DNA from: Squalus acanthias | Taxonomy: Eukaryota | Assembly: GCA_030390025.1 (NCBI GenBank) | Contig: CM059432.1 | Span: 126,606,001 to 126,670,000 of the forward strand | Direction of reading: 5' to 3' | Length of the DNA: 64,000 nucleotides | Shown: one piece after another, positions 12,894 through 26,082 of the stretch | Numbering within the stretch: position 1 is the stretch's first letter | How the letters are laid out: each line of letters opens with the position of its first letter | The notes under the pieces: generated by a model | What the model saw: the letters and a program-made list of their open reading frames with translations, nothing else | Databases searched by the model: none | Told to the model about the DNA's origin: nothing | Position numbers and translations under genes: made by a program

Positions 12894-13259
12894 ATATCCA
12901 TCTGACCAATCTGCCATATTCAACCCTAGCCGGGTTTTTCCCACTGCTATTTCCATGATTCCAGCACCATTAAGTGTACCGCAAAGTAATTAGAGAATCC
13001 ATCTGTTGTATTCAGCCTTCGTTTTCTTTTCCTTCTATCCAATTTCTATTCATTCCTACTTTTAGAGCATCAACAAGCATCTGCAACAATTATTAGACTG
13101 CTCTGTAATAACCAGGGTGTCCCATTGTGCTGGGAGAAGGAGTTACACAGTGGAAGTAATGATAAAAAATAAACTGCTGTGATAGAGAATGGATCAATAA
13201 GACAAAATTTTAAAAAGAGGCTATGTTGTTAAAAAAAAGACTAATCTAGTAACAGCTTA

Positions 13260-13590
13260 GTGAATCAGAAAATGAGTTAGCGGTTGCCTGCAAATATTCT
13301 ATGCGAAACCTGTTCAGGCAGTTTCAACACGGTTCTCAAATGGGTATAAACACTGTCCACAATTCTGTACATTTTGCAATTTTACTTGCGCGCGAGTCAG
13401 AGGTTGGCCGATGTGAGAAATGGAAAATAAATTGCTCTAAGGTTGTAGATTGATGTGTGTTATTTCAGCAAAGTAGACCAGAGTTTCACTCTGTATGTAA
13501 TCCAAGCTGCATCTGACCTGGGAGTCCTTGATGCTGACATTGGAAAACGTTCTACTCCCTAAACATTTTGCAACTCGAGGAGGATAACAC
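13260..13590 (+). mobile_element. Highly degenerate LF-SINE-like repeat
   Basis: 13467-13560 (AGCAAAGTAGA..TTTCACTCTGTATGTAA..TGACCTGGGAGTCCTTGATGCTGACA) matches the host sequence flanking the SINE at 43200-43230 and 43650-43720. Confidence 0.4.
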
Positions 13591-13934
13591 TTCTTCGCAA
13601 AAATGTGTGCAGTCCCCCCCGCGGGGCACTTCTGATCTCGGCTGTGCCGTCAGGGAGAGATGGTGAATTCTCCCTCACATGCTTGTATCAGTAACTGAGC
13701 AGCATTGACAGTAGTGTCTGCTGCCCTTCTTGGGCCAGGGTGTTGCACATGCCAAAAAGGAAGCCTAAAAGACATAGAAGAAAAAAAGACATGACACCAG
13801 GGAATTAAACATTTTAGAGAAAAAAAAACTGAAAATGCTGAAAGTGCCAATGTTTGAATTTGTTCTTTTTTGCTGTTACTTTATTTGCAATTTCATCTCA
13901 TTGCTTTTCTATTTATCTCTTGTATTTTTGTGCT

Positions 13935-14735
13935 CATCCAAAACTCTGCTGCCCATATCTTAACTCGCTCCAAGGCTCATTCAGCCATCACCCCTGTGCT
14001 CGCTAACCTACACTGGCTCCCAGTCCAACAACACCTTAAATTTTAAAATCCTTATCCTTGTTTTCAAATCCCTCCATGACCACACCCTTCCCCATCTCTG
14101 CAACCTCCTCCAGCCCCACAACCCTCCAAGATCTCTGCGCTCTTCCAATTCGGGCCTCTTGCACATCCCCGATTATAATCGTTCCACCACTGTCGGCCGT
14201 ACTTTCAGCTGCCTTGGCTCCAAGCTCTGGAATTCCTCCTTAAACCTCCCTCTCCTCCTTTAAGACGCTCCTTAAAACCTACGGGGGAAAAATTGAGTTT
14301 ATTTACGCTTCTCGTTAGCGCCCCCGGCGGGGCGCAAATCCCCTAGTGCCCGGGCGTGGTGCCGCTAACGCCTCCCGCAAAATTCAGCGGGAGGTTAGCG
14401 ACGGCGAATTCGGTAGCATCCCGTGGCGCTGCGCCGCCAATGACATTACCGTGCACAGCGCCCCAGCCACAAACTTGGGTTGCATCCCCTGACCTATCGC
14501 CAGACGATAGGTCTGACAGGGTCAGGTTGGCATTTTTGCAGCTGGGGCGGCGCTACTTAACATAGGGGCAAGACCGAATTTTTCCCCCTACGTCTTTTCA
14601 CCAAGCTTTTGGCCATCTGTCCTGATATCTCCTGTGGCTGGGTGTCAAAAATGTTTTTATTGATAATTGCTCGTTCAGCGCCTTGGGACGATTTTGCTAC
14701 ATTAAATGCGCTATATTAATGCAAGTTGTTGTTTT
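13935..14735 (+). mobile_element. L2 LINE 3' end, interrupted by a MITE
   Basis: IQNSAAHILT...ITPVLANLHWLPVQQHLKFKILIL and tail GCTATATTAATGCAAGTTGTTGTT. Confidence 0.85.
14283..14588. mobile_element. 306-bp Harbinger-type MITE
   Basis: Perfect 12-bp TIR GGGGGAAAAATT/AATTTTTCCCCC, TSD TAC on both sides, CpG-rich with TTAGCG/GCGCT motifs like the ends of the autonomous element. Confidence 0.9.
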
Positions 14736-14769
14736 GTCTTCATTTTCCTTCCTTACTGTTCTATTCATC

Positions 14770-15178
14770 AGAGTCAGCGGATGCGGCTTCAAGCCCCTCT
14801 CCAGGATTTAAGCACATAATGCAGGCCGACACATCACTAATGGATTGCTGCATTGTTGGAAGTGCCGTCTTTCAGGGGAGGTGTTTAATGGAAAACCCCA
14901 CCTGCCTGTTCAGGTGGATGCAAATGATCCCATGGCACTACACAAAGAAGAGCAGGGACTTATCCTGGGGTCCTGCCCAACATTCCTCCCTCACCCAACA
15001 CCACTTACGACAGATTAACTGGTCTTTGACCGCATTTGCTGTTGGTGAGACTTTGCTATGTGCAAATTGCCTGCTGTATTTGTATACATAACAGCAACAA
15101 CTACAGTAATCTACTGGCTTTTCCCGATTGGAAGTGTCCTGAGGAAACAAGGTGCTATATAAAAGCCAGTTCTTTCCT
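14770..15178 (+). mobile_element. Older SacSINE1-like DeuSINE
   Basis: GGAAGTGCCGTCTTTC, CAGGTGGATGCAAATGATCCCATGGCACTA, tail GGTGCTATATAAAAGC. Confidence 0.75.
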
Positions 15179-17449
15179 TGTATTTATTCCTACTTTAAGT
15201 GTCAAAACGTGTTTGCAACAATGTTGTACAAAAATACTAGAATGTAATATAATAATGAGGATGTCCTATTGAGGAATTAGTTGCATGGTAGAAGTAACAG
15301 TACACTGGCTGTGAGGCAGAAGCATTAATGTATCACTAAGACAATTAATAGGCTTAGTGTTAGAATAGATTAACCAGAGGAAAAAAAATACCATATTTAC
15401 GGCGAATTGGAATTGGCATATGCCTAACTAATTAGGTAAGAGCCACCAGCATTATTTAGAAGCAATATAATGTGGTTAGGTCACAGTCAAAGAAGAAGCT
15501 TTGATCCCAAAATAATTTACTTTGGCTTCAGAAGCCACATAAAAGGTTTGTTGAATTGGGTTCAAGCCAAGTTCCTCATCAGATACCATTCACAGCTTTA
15601 ACTCCCATCATTTCGAGAATCAAACGAGTGATGCCAGAGGAGCTGTTTGACAGCGCAATGAACAAACTGGATTCAAACCGTTGTTATATTGGCCGTTTTC
15701 AAAGTTGGATTCCAGGACTCCGCAGCTGGGAGCCAACTCCCTGCATTTCTGCTGTTGGATTTGGTTTCTGTAGACCAGCAGCAGACTTGTAGACTCAGGT
15801 AAAACTAGACGCTGGGCACCTGGAATGGGACTGGAGAATAATACAGGACCCTTTTATGGTCAAGATCACCGGCAAGTTCTCAGCTCCAACAGCTGAGGCC
15901 CAACCAGCCACAGGAAATGCTCGAGCTCGACAGTATGCCACTGGTTCCAAAATGGCCAGAGAGTTTATTTTGGGAGTTAAATCTGGTAGCTTCATCCAGT
16001 GTAGTTATCCTGCACCACTAGTAGGAGAGCATTCTCGAGGTTGTACCCGCTCTGCATATCTATTTAAATGTACGTGCAGAATTCTGCTCACTGGCCAATG
16101 ACAGTTTTAATGATAGTAAAGAGCTAACTGTTCAGGCACTTTTCCACCATTAGAATATAAAGGCGGTCCAGCAGACCCGATGGGCTCACGTAAAAACTTC
16201 AGTTTAAAAAAATAAGTTCTTTTGGCACTAGTTACAGGTGGAGGTATCTGCAACTAGTGCAAAACTGAAGCAGCGAGAGACCAACTTCAAGGGTGTCCCA
16301 CAGCCAACTAGCAAATACCGAGCTAACATCGACATCAGTGCAGTGCCGAAACCACTTTGTGACACAAAGAATACAGCAACTACACCATTAGAAATCAGTT
16401 TGAAGAGTGCGCTCCTGTAGTGAAGTACTCGGCCCACAGCGAAGGCAGAACAGGAAATCAGGGATATGTGCCTGTGTTTTTCCATTCACAATTTCAATAG
16501 ACAGCAGCATTCCTACAATTTTCCTATCCACACCTGCACCTCACCACAAGCGAGGACTTGGGCAAGTAGGTACCATCGGGTAGATTATCCATCACGGACA
16601 ATGCTTGAATGTGGACCATTCACGGAAACGGTTACAAATGGTGGTCACCACATTTTACGGTAGATTATTCAAACAGAAAGCGATTACATCGGACTGGACT
16701 GGAAGATGCCAAGATTTAAAAAAAAGTCTTAAAATAATCCAAATGTCGAAAATGACTGATCTCCTCCTTCTCCCCCCTCCCCCCTTGAAATTGACTTAGT
16801 GATCCCGGAAGTTTAAAAGAGTCTAGGACAAACTACAGCCAAGTATTGCTAACCAATGTACAGTATTTTTCAAAACTTTCCACTAATGTTATTTCTGGAA
16901 AACGTATAGCCACTGAAATATCTCATCACATTGTGCCAGGGTAGCACATTTTCCACTGGCAGTCTATCGAGGGATTTAGTGTTGCATTTTTTGTGAATGA
17001 AGCACTTTAAAATTAAATTAGCTGTTCAGCCGTGCCTCATTTATTCCGAATGTGTGGAATGGAGTCATTCCAATGGCAGGGTGCATTCAGCAAGCTTTAA
17101 TATAGCAAGATGCCTTTAAAAAAATGCACAACACTGCCAATAAGATTAAGAGTTATTATGTGCACACCATTAGTGTACAATTTGTAAAGCCACGGGTGCT
17201 CAACATACATATGCTCATCTTATGTGAAAAAAATATGGCCAGATCACCACGTGCCGAAATAAGCTGCTGTACCCAATGGGGCAGAAATTAAATGGGGCAT
17301 AATACTACTGAATTACTTCATAGTATTGAAGGTTATAGAAAGACGTGTCTGTACACTTTGATGTTTCTCAGACACCTCTTGCTACCTTGTTTTGTACTTT
17401 AGAACTGCAGGCTAGAGGCGGTCTGGGAGTAAACAGATTTTGGGTCAGA

Positions 17450-20110
17450 AAGGAGGTGTGGTGGCAGTATTGGTTAAGGAGAATATTTCGGTGCTGGAGA
17501 GAGGATGTCCTGGAGGGGGTCAAGGACAGAATCTATCTGGTTAGAGTTAAGAAAGCATAGAGGTGTCATTACACTAGGTGTATTCTATAGGCCACCAACT
17601 GGAGGGAAGATAGAGGAGCAAATTTGCAGGGAAATTACAGAGAGGTGCAATAACTATAGAGTAGTGATAATGGGGGACTTCAATTATCCTAATATAGACT
17701 GAGATAGTAATAGTGTAAAGAGCAGAGAGGGGGAAGATTTTCTGAAGTGTGTTCAGGAGAACTTTATTGATCAGTACGTTTCCAGCCAAACGAGGAAGGA
17801 GGCATTGCTGGATCTGGTTCTGGGGAATGAGGTAGCTCAAGTGGAGCAATTGTCAGTAGGTGAACATTTAGGGAACAGTGATCATAGCATCATAAGGCTT
17901 AGATTAGCTACGGAAAAAGGACAGGGAACAATCTAGAATAAAAATACTTAAGTGGAAGAAAGCAAATTTCAGTGGGTTGAGAACGGACCTGGCCCAGGTA
18001 AACTGGAATCAAAGATTGGCAGGCAAAACTGTAATTGAACAATGGGCTGCCTTTAGAGGAGATGGTTCGGGAACAGTCGAGGCACATTTCCACGAGGGGG
18101 AAAGGTAGGACAACTAAAGCCAGAGCTCCCTGGATGACAAAAGAGATAGAGAGTAAGCTGAAGCAGAAAAAAAAGTGCGTATGACAGATGGCAGGTTGAG
18201 AATGCCAGTGAGAACCAGGCTGAATATAGAAAGTTCAGAGGGGGAAGTGAAAAAGAAAATAAGAGGGGCAAAGAGAGAGTATGAGAATAGAATGGCAGCC
18301 AACAAAAGAGAATTCAAAAGTCTATCAGCATATAAATAATAAAACGGGTAGTAAGAGGAGGGGTGGGGCCAATTAGGGACCAAAAAGGAGACCTGCACAT
18401 GGAGGTAGAGGGCATGGCTGAGGTACTAAATGAGTACTTTGCATCTGTCTTCACCAAGGAAGAAGATGCTGCTAAGGTCATAGTGAAAGAGGAGGTAGTG
18501 GAGATTCTGGATGAGATAAAAATTGATAAGAGGTACTAGAAAGGCTGTCTGTACTTAAAGTAGATAAATCACCAGGACCGGATGGGATACATCCTAGGAT
18601 GTTGAGGGAAGTTAAGGAGGAAATCACGGAGGTACTGGCTATAATCTTCCAATCTTCCTTAGATATGGGGGTGGTGCCAGAGGACTGGAGAATTGCAAAT
18701 GTTACACCATTGTTCAAAAAAGGGTGCAAGGATAAACCCAGCAACTACAGGCCAGTCAGCTTAACCTCGGCGGTGGGGAAGCTTTTAGAAACGATAATCC
18801 GAGACAAAGTTAACAGTCACTTGGACAAATGTGGATTAATTAATTAAGTTAAAGGAAAGCCAGCACGGATTTGTTAAAGGCAAATCACGTTTAACTAACT
18901 TGATCGAGTTTTTTGATGAGGTAACAGAGGGTAATGCGGTTGATGTGGTGTACATGGACTTGCAAAAGGCGTTTGATAAAGTGCCACATAATAGGCTTAC
19001 CAGCAAAGTTGAAGCCCATGGAATAAAAGGGACAGTGGCAGCATGGATATGAAATTGGCTAAGTGACAGGAAACAGTAGTGGTGAACAGTTGTTTTCAGA
19101 CTGGAGGATGGTATACATCAGTGTTCCCCAGGGGTCGGTACTAGGACCACTGCTTTCCTTGATATATGTTAATGACGGACTTGGATGTACAGGGCACAAT
19201 TTCAAAATTTGCAGATGACACAAAACTTGGAAGTATAGTGAACAGTGAGGAGGATAGTGATTGTCTTCAAGAAGACAGACAGGCTGGTGAAATGGGCAGA
19301 CACGTGGCAGATGAAATTTAACGCAGAAAAGTGCGAAGTAATATATTTTGGTAGGAAGAATGAGGAGAGGCAATATAAACTAAAGGGTACAATTCTAAAG
19401 GCATGAACAGAGAGACCTGGGGGTATATGTGTACAAGTCATTGAAGGTGGCAGGGCAGGTTGAGAAAGCAGTTAAAAAAGCATATGGGATCCTGGGCTTC
19501 ATAAATAGAGGCATATAGAGTACAAAAGCAAGGAAGTTATAATGAACCTTTATAAAACACTGGTTCAGCCTCAACTGGAGTCTTGTGTCCAATTCTGGGC
19601 ACCGCACTTTAGGAAGGTAGTGAAGTCCTTAGAGAGGGTGCAGAAAAGATTTACAAGAATGTATCCAGGGATGAGGGACTTCAGTTACGTAGATAGACTG
19701 GAGAAGCTGGGGTTGTTCTCCTTAGAGCAGAGGAGATTTGATAGAGGTGTTCAAAATTATGAGGAGTCTAGACAGAGTAGATAGAGAGAAACTGTTCCCA
19801 TTGGCAGAATGGTCAAGAACCAGAGGACAAAGATTTAAAGGTGATTGGCAAAATAAGGCGCTAGGAGGAAAAAAAAATTTACACAGCGAGTGGTTAGGAT
19901 CTGGAATGCACTGCCTGATAGGGTGGTGGAGGCAGATTCAATCATGGCTTTCAAAAGGGAATTGGATAAGCACCTGAAGGAAAAAAAATTGTAGGGCTAC
20001 GAGGAAAGGGCAGGGGAGTGGGACTAGCTGAAGTGCTCTTGCAGAGAGCCAGCACGGGCTCGAGGGGCCGAATGGCCTCCTTCTGTGCTGTAACCATTCT
20101 ATAATTCTAC
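17450..20110 (+). mobile_element. CR1 ORF2 (endonuclease to 3' UTR), decayed; same subfamily as 5031-9380
   Basis: YRPP, MGDFNYPNID, DWRIANVTPLFKKG, NYRPVSLTS, FADD, LERVQKRFT. Tail CCATTCTATAATTCTA. Confidence 0.95.
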
Positions 20111-20397
20111 TTGATGGGATCATTCCCACTGGGTGGATGCTCTGTGGTTGGCAGATTGTGCAATAGCACATTTCACCGGCTCCCTGCTCCTCTCCCCCAG
20201 GGGATTCCACAGAGGCCATGCATGTTATGTCCCTTCTTAAAAAAGCATTTTGATTGGTTAAAATGGTTGCATCTGGTTCTTAAGACGTATCAAAAAACAG
20301 GAAGATATGTTGGAACACTAGCTGCAAACACCTTGAAATAGTATTTAAATGGCAATATACTGTGTATGTGAGTAATGACCGAGTGACAGTGTGAGTT

Positions 20398-21697
20398 TGT
20401 TTTTCCAGTCTTGAGATCTGGGAGTCACTGGCAAGGCCAGCATTTATTTCCCATCCCCAGTTGTGCGGAGAAGGTGGTGGTGAGACTTCTTCAACCGCTG
20501 CAGTCTGTGTGGCGAAGGTGCTCCCATAGTGCTGTCAGATAGGAAGTTTCAGGATGTTGACCCAGCGACGATGAAGCAACGGCGATATATGTCCATGTTC
20601 AGATGTCGTTTCCATCCACCTGCTGCCCTTGTCCTTCTAAGTGGGAGGTGCTGCTGAATAAGCCTTGATGATGCTGCAGTGCATCCTATGGATAGCAGAC
20701 ATTGCAGCCACGGCGCACGTATGGTGGAAAGGGTAGATGGTTAGGTTAGTGGATGAGGCGCCAATCAAGCGGAAAGTTTCATCTGGGATGCTGTCTAATT
20801 CAGAGTGGTGTTGCAACTGCACCCATCAAGAAAGTGGAGAGTAATTCCATCACACGGCTAATTTGTGCATTGGAGCGGCTTTGTGGCGTGAGGTGGTGAT
20901 CCACTTGGTGCAGAATACCTAGCCTCTGACCTGCTCTAGCAACCACAGCGTTTATATTCAGGGCTCAACCAGCTCATTCAGTGATTGTACTACCGAGCCA
21001 CTCTTGGTAATGCACATTGAAGTTCCCCCACCCAGAGTACGTTCTGTGCCCTTGCTACCCTCAGTACTTCCTCCAAGTGATGTTCAACATGGAGGAGTAC
21101 GGATTAATCAGCTGAGGGAAGGCGGTAAATGGGTAATCAGCAGATGGTTTCCTTACCCATGTTTGACCTGAAGCCATGAGACTTCATGGGGTCTGGAGTC
21201 AATATTGGGACACCCAGGGCCACTTCCAACTGACTGTATACCACTGTGCCACCACCTCTGGCATGTGTGACCTACCAGTCACAGGACATACCCAGAGATG
21301 GTGCTGGAAGAGTCTGGAACGTTCGCTGATGGGTATGATTTTGAGTGGGAGACTATGTCAGGCTGTTGCTTGACTAGTCTTTGGGACAGCTCTCCTACCT
21401 TTGGTACCAGGTTCTAGATGTTAGTGAGGAGGACTTTGCAGGGTCGACTGGGCTCTTTGTCGTGTCCTGCGCAGCCAAGTGGTCCATCTGATTTTATTCT
21501 GGTGTTATTCTTTGTAGTGGTTCGATAAAATGGAGTGGCTTGTTAGGCTACTTCAGAGGGCTGTTAGTCCCACACCAATGTGGTCAACTCTAAGTCACAT
21601 CTTGACCAGACTAGCCAAGAGCCTCAGGTTGCTTTCTCTAAAGAACACTAGCGAACTAGTTGGGTTTTTACGACAATCCAATAGCTTCACGGTCACT
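20398..21697 (-). mobile_element. Internally deleted LINE: SINE-like body, endonuclease start, RT C-terminus and tail
   Basis: 21530-21697 aligns to the SINE body 43385-43551, then KVLLTNI..VGELSQRLVKQQPDIV, LHVEHHLEEVLRVARAQNVLWVGNFNVH, RAGQRLGIL and tail GGGATGGGAAATAAATGCTGGCCTTGCCAG. Confidence 0.75.
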
Positions 21698-21699
21698 GA

Positions 21700-22030
21700 A
21701 TGATTGAGTAAGTGAAGGAGTGGGCAAAAAAGCAGCAACGAGAAGGAGGACAGTAGCCGTCAGCATGGCAGAGGCCTCTGGCCTCACTAGGTTCTCGATC
21801 CATAAAAACATAGTACCAGGGCCCTCCTCCAGTTCTAGTCTGCTCCCTTTGCTTGTATGCCACCTTGCCCTGCAAGTAGAGTAGTATTGAAAGGTTGGAA
21901 GTGTCAGGAATACACAGATTGACATCCAAGTGCTCGTGCTGCAGTCCACAATGAGTGTGAGTGCATGAACATACATGATGCAGCTAGGTTTTGTCAGAAG
22001 GTTTCCCCGCCACCCCGGCACCCCCAGCTC
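21700..22030 (-). pseudogene. Old Harbinger Myb gene relic (exon 2 region)
   Basis: Acceptor cttgcag followed by GKVAYKQREQTRTGGGP, homologous to AKLAHNRRQQQRTGGG. Confidence 0.6.
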
Positions 22031-22049
22031 CTTGTGAAGCCCTTTAGAG

Positions 22050-22590
22050 ACATTATTATGCCAACGGTTTCAGTGATTAGGTAAGCAATGGGAAGAATGG
22101 AGTTCAAATCCAGCATGGCAAGTCACAACATTTAATCCAATAAGTCTGGTAATTGGTGGGCTGGCTCCTGAAAAATAAATCCTAGCTGCTGGATTGATGT
22201 AACATGGCAACTGATTCGATAATGTTCAAGGAAAGGAACTTGCCACCCCTACTTGCTCTGGCCTACACTTGACCAGCCCAAGTAGTTGACTAGCGGTTGA
22301 ATTTCTGCAGGAGTTCTCCCGATCTTCCGCTGTAATTCAGGCAGAAAGTCTGCGGAAACAGCAGGGAAATGGCCTTACGGCATTCATGGCAGGGTTTCCA
22401 GGGATTTTCCAGCAAAATTATGACAGGTGATCAGGAGAGTCCCCAGGGAAAGTCAACCTTCTAAATGGCCGAGTATGCCACTCCACTGCAAGACTGATCA
22501 CTACAGAAGGTCCAATGCAAATTTTTCAGTCAGTCTAGGGATGGGCAATAAATTTCCAGCGTTGGCCACATCCCGAGAACAAAGGCTGTA
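22050..22590 (+). mobile_element. Degenerate tRNA-derived SINE (family of 43232) interrupted by a palindromic MITE at ~22293-22460
   Basis: GAGTTCAAATCC B-box, AAGGAAAGGAACTTGCC body, TAGGGATGGGCAATAAAT tail. MITE ends GGTTGAATTTC/GAAAGTCAACC. Confidence 0.6.
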
Positions 22591-22599
22591 AGGCATGGA

Positions 22600-24350
22600 A
22601 CAGCAGTCAACATGCAGCAGGGTACAAGTTGTGACCTGTATTATTTGCCCCTCTACTTTGTATATGGCATTGATACCTTACCTCTTTTTTCAAGGTCTAA
22701 AATCTCTATTCAGGTTTTTCCTGCTAGAGTCTATGGGTGGTGCATTCCTCCTTCTGGCAGACACTCTCTACTCCTCTTCTGTAGGAAGAGTGCCATGGAG
22801 TGACAAACTGAGCAACCTCCCTTTCCCTCAGGTCCTGCAGCTGTACTACTACTGCTGCAGCCATATATCCAGGCTCTGCCTTGGTGGTCAAGAATATTTG
22901 CCTGCAAAAAAAAAGTCCATGGCATTTAAATAGTTGCTGCATCCCTTTAAAGAAGGGATCTTTTCAGGAATATCTTTAACTGGAGGATTTGGCAAAGACA
23001 GCAGAAAAAAATGCAAACAAGCACAATGCAAGGGAGGATCAAGAGGAGCTCACAATTGCAGTCAGACTGACCAACAATCTGAGGAGAGTGAACAGAGAAA
23101 AAAAAGAGACAGAATGCTGGTCTTCATGGGAGGACTTTAAGTCTCCGACCACGGAGGGAGGTGCACTGACCAAGTGCCAAATCTCTCACCCTCACGGCTG
23201 CAAATCAGTTCAGCTTGAAGTTCCACAATCTGACTAGAACAGGCAAGGCAACACACTGGCCACTCTCCCTTTTCTTCGTTGGGCACCTGTACACCATTCA
23301 CCTTCTAAAATTAAGAGCTGCACAACTAACCCTTCATTCTGCACTCTGGTTAAAAGGGACATTAACTAGGCACCTTATGTGCAGCCATCTCCCCTAACAG
23401 CACTTAGTTGAAAGCACAACCTTTAAACCCCTTCCTCCACCTCAGGTGATACCACAGCTTTTCCTACAGCAGCTTTGCAATGTTACCGGAGAAAGAACAT
23501 TATTTATATAGCCCTTTTAACATAGTAAAACATCACAAGGTGCTTCACAGGAGCGTTTAGACAAAAATGTGACACCGAGCCACATAGGGAGATATTGGGA
23601 CAGGTGACCAAAAGCTTGGTCAAAGAGGTAGGTTTTCTTGAGCGTCTTAAAAAGGGAGGGGGAGAGGATGAGAGGAGGAGAGAGATGGAACTTCTTCCTT
23701 GTTGACGAGGAGGATAACAAAGACAAGGAGGATGGTGAAGGCATGCAGGATGAAGAGGGACCAGATGTCAAAGTCAAGCCGACCAAGAAGTCCCTGGACA
23801 GAGATCCTGCCCAGTGTTCCTCTGCCACAACCTCTGATTTTACCCCTTGCATCATGTGCTTTTCACTCGCACACACCATCTCAGATACAGTCACAAGGGG
23901 AATTAGTGTTAGCGATGATGTGGCACCAGGTGATTAAGTCTTCAAGAGGGAATCATAAGTCCAGGGAGTGGGTCAGGATGTGTCATCTTCCCATTGGAGG
24001 CCCAGGTGAAGGCTGCCCATGGCTTCAGAGTTGTTGGACCCAGAATTCATGGGTACTCACTTGAGCAGGATATTCGAGGATCATCGCACCTACAAAAGTT
24101 CTCGGGTCAGTACTTGAAGGGGTTCGGCAATTGAGGGTCGTGACTCTGGAGTCCACAGACATAATTTGTTGACACATCAGGGAAGGGCCCTGCCTAAGAA
24201 ATGGCCAGGGACCAGTCAGTGCCTCCTCCTCCACAGACTGCCATTTCTTAGTCCTCCCTTCCCACCCTCACACCCTCCCCCCCACCCCACCCCCTCCTTG
24301 TCACAGGCTACCATTGGGCTGATTGCCATCTTGGGTAAGGCTCAGGAGGC
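22600..24350. mobile_element. Very old Harbinger-like relics, with an L2 tail inserted at ~23500-23690 (-)
   Basis: MAAAVVVQLQDLRERE (-) with upstream TATTTAAA resembles the transposase start. 23730-24030 is similar to 39370-39610 and to 42180-42500 (-). Confidence 0.4.
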
Positions 24351-24944
24351 AAGGATTTTTGTCCCCCTGTTCCGCCACTTCCTTTTAATTCTATGCATTC
24401 CATTTAAACTTTGCCTGTATGCAATTTTCCTCTCCCACCACACATCCAAATCTGTATCTGAAGCTATGCATAATCATCATGAAAAGATAATGAAAAATTG
24501 GGTACGTGCCACCCTCAGCCATTTCAAACCATTCAGGTATAAATTTCAACTAGAGCAGAAAATTGAGGCTGAAAGATTGCCAGAAATTAGAGGCAAACAT
24601 TCAAAATTAATCTTCAAATATAATTCACAAGAGGTCAACTTCAAATCCAGCTAGCAGAACTAACATGGTGCAATATGAAAACAGCTAGAGAGAACATTTT
24701 TATCTGGGAGAGTTCATGGTGGAATGATTTAGAAGAAAGGTCAAACAGCAAAGATTATACCACATTCATTATTGCATTATATTTGGTTCTGGCAGAACCC
24801 ACAAGCAATAGCACACCACTGCTCTTTGTCCTACATCAACTGGCTTTTGGTATCCATTTAAAATTAATAAGTGGGTTAAATAAAACTATGGTTTAGAAAA
24901 AGTTATAGTGCAGGTCACCTATTGGTGAACAAAGCTTCAAATTT

Positions 24945-25100
24945 ATGGAGGATGAAATTGGTCTTTGGCTAAAGGGTGTAAAGGGGCAATAGCAAAATCG
25001 GCAGTCCGTTTTACACTACGCCCATCTATGGTGAAAATCAGGCATGGCATAAACTGCTGATTCGCTATTTCCCATTCTGTGCTTTCACTGAAGACCTGCT
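24945..25100. mobile_element. Degenerate palindromic MITE
   Basis: GGATGAAATTGGTCTT start, inverted AATAGCAAAATCGGCAG / CTGCTGATTCGCTATT, AAGACC end. Confidence 0.45.
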
Positions 25101-26082
25101 GTTACGAGGGGAAAACTTTTATAAATTCAAAATCCCATTTTTAAAGTGTATATGGAAGAAACAGCCCTTATAGAAAAATGTCCCTTAAAGGGAAAATAGG
25201 GATTGAAACCCTATGGACAAGGCTAGGAATTGAATCTGCTACTTGCAATTAATGGGTTTTAAAAAGAATACTGCGGATTAATACTTTTTCTATTTTAAAA
25301 AAGTTCATAAAATTGACAGCGACTGGGTGAAGAAAATTTTAATTCCCTTAAAAAGAAAAAAGGGACAAAGGCTGGAGTCAAAAGTTATGAAACGTCGTGG
25401 GCTGGGAGTGGTGAGGCTAATTTAAAAGAAAGTCACTCTGAACAAATTTCACTTTAACTACTACTAAATCCAAAGTGTAGAGAGAGAGCGCGCGCGAGCT
25501 TAGATGGAAGAGATAATAACTACAGCAAGGTTGTGGGCTCAATTACAGCCGTGAGAGCATTCCATTCAGAGTTACTGTAGGAGAGATGGGGTGCCCTAGT
25601 ACTACAAGTACTAGGCTCCATTTCACTAGTATAACAGAACCACAACTCAAGAGGCAGAGCCCTGTGAGTGCAAAGGAGCTCCAAGAGACAGTTTGACAAG
25701 TGAATGATTAAGTCCGGCGCTTTCTCGCTGATGGTACACACATTGACACAGTTGAAATACATTGATTATCCTTCAAAATCATTCTGGTATAAGGGCCACA
25801 CAGCAGATATTGTTTGGTAACTGACTACAACAAATGAATACACTTTTTTAATTTCACTGCAGTCAACAGTCACATTGGAAGCAACTAAGCAGAACTCACA
25901 TTATAATGAAAGTTAGATTAGCTTCCTGAATCTCTCACATGCGTAGGCAGAGTTAGAATAAATTACAGATTCATAACAGCCAATTCCACTCAGAGGTTGA
26001 AATACATGGAATCTCTATAGAAAGAACATATTGCCAAAAAAAAAATTCATGTAAACTGGATGTTGTCATAAGAGGGCTACAA

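Noticed and set aside
13590..13790. Strong minus-strand splice acceptor (tcttttag at ~13765) suggesting a host exon
   Set aside because: All three frames close within ~115 nt, no peptide is recognisable, and it may be a Harbinger intron relic.
15556..16800. Short ORFs in unique-looking sequence
   Set aside because: No recognisable domain or convincing paired splice sites.
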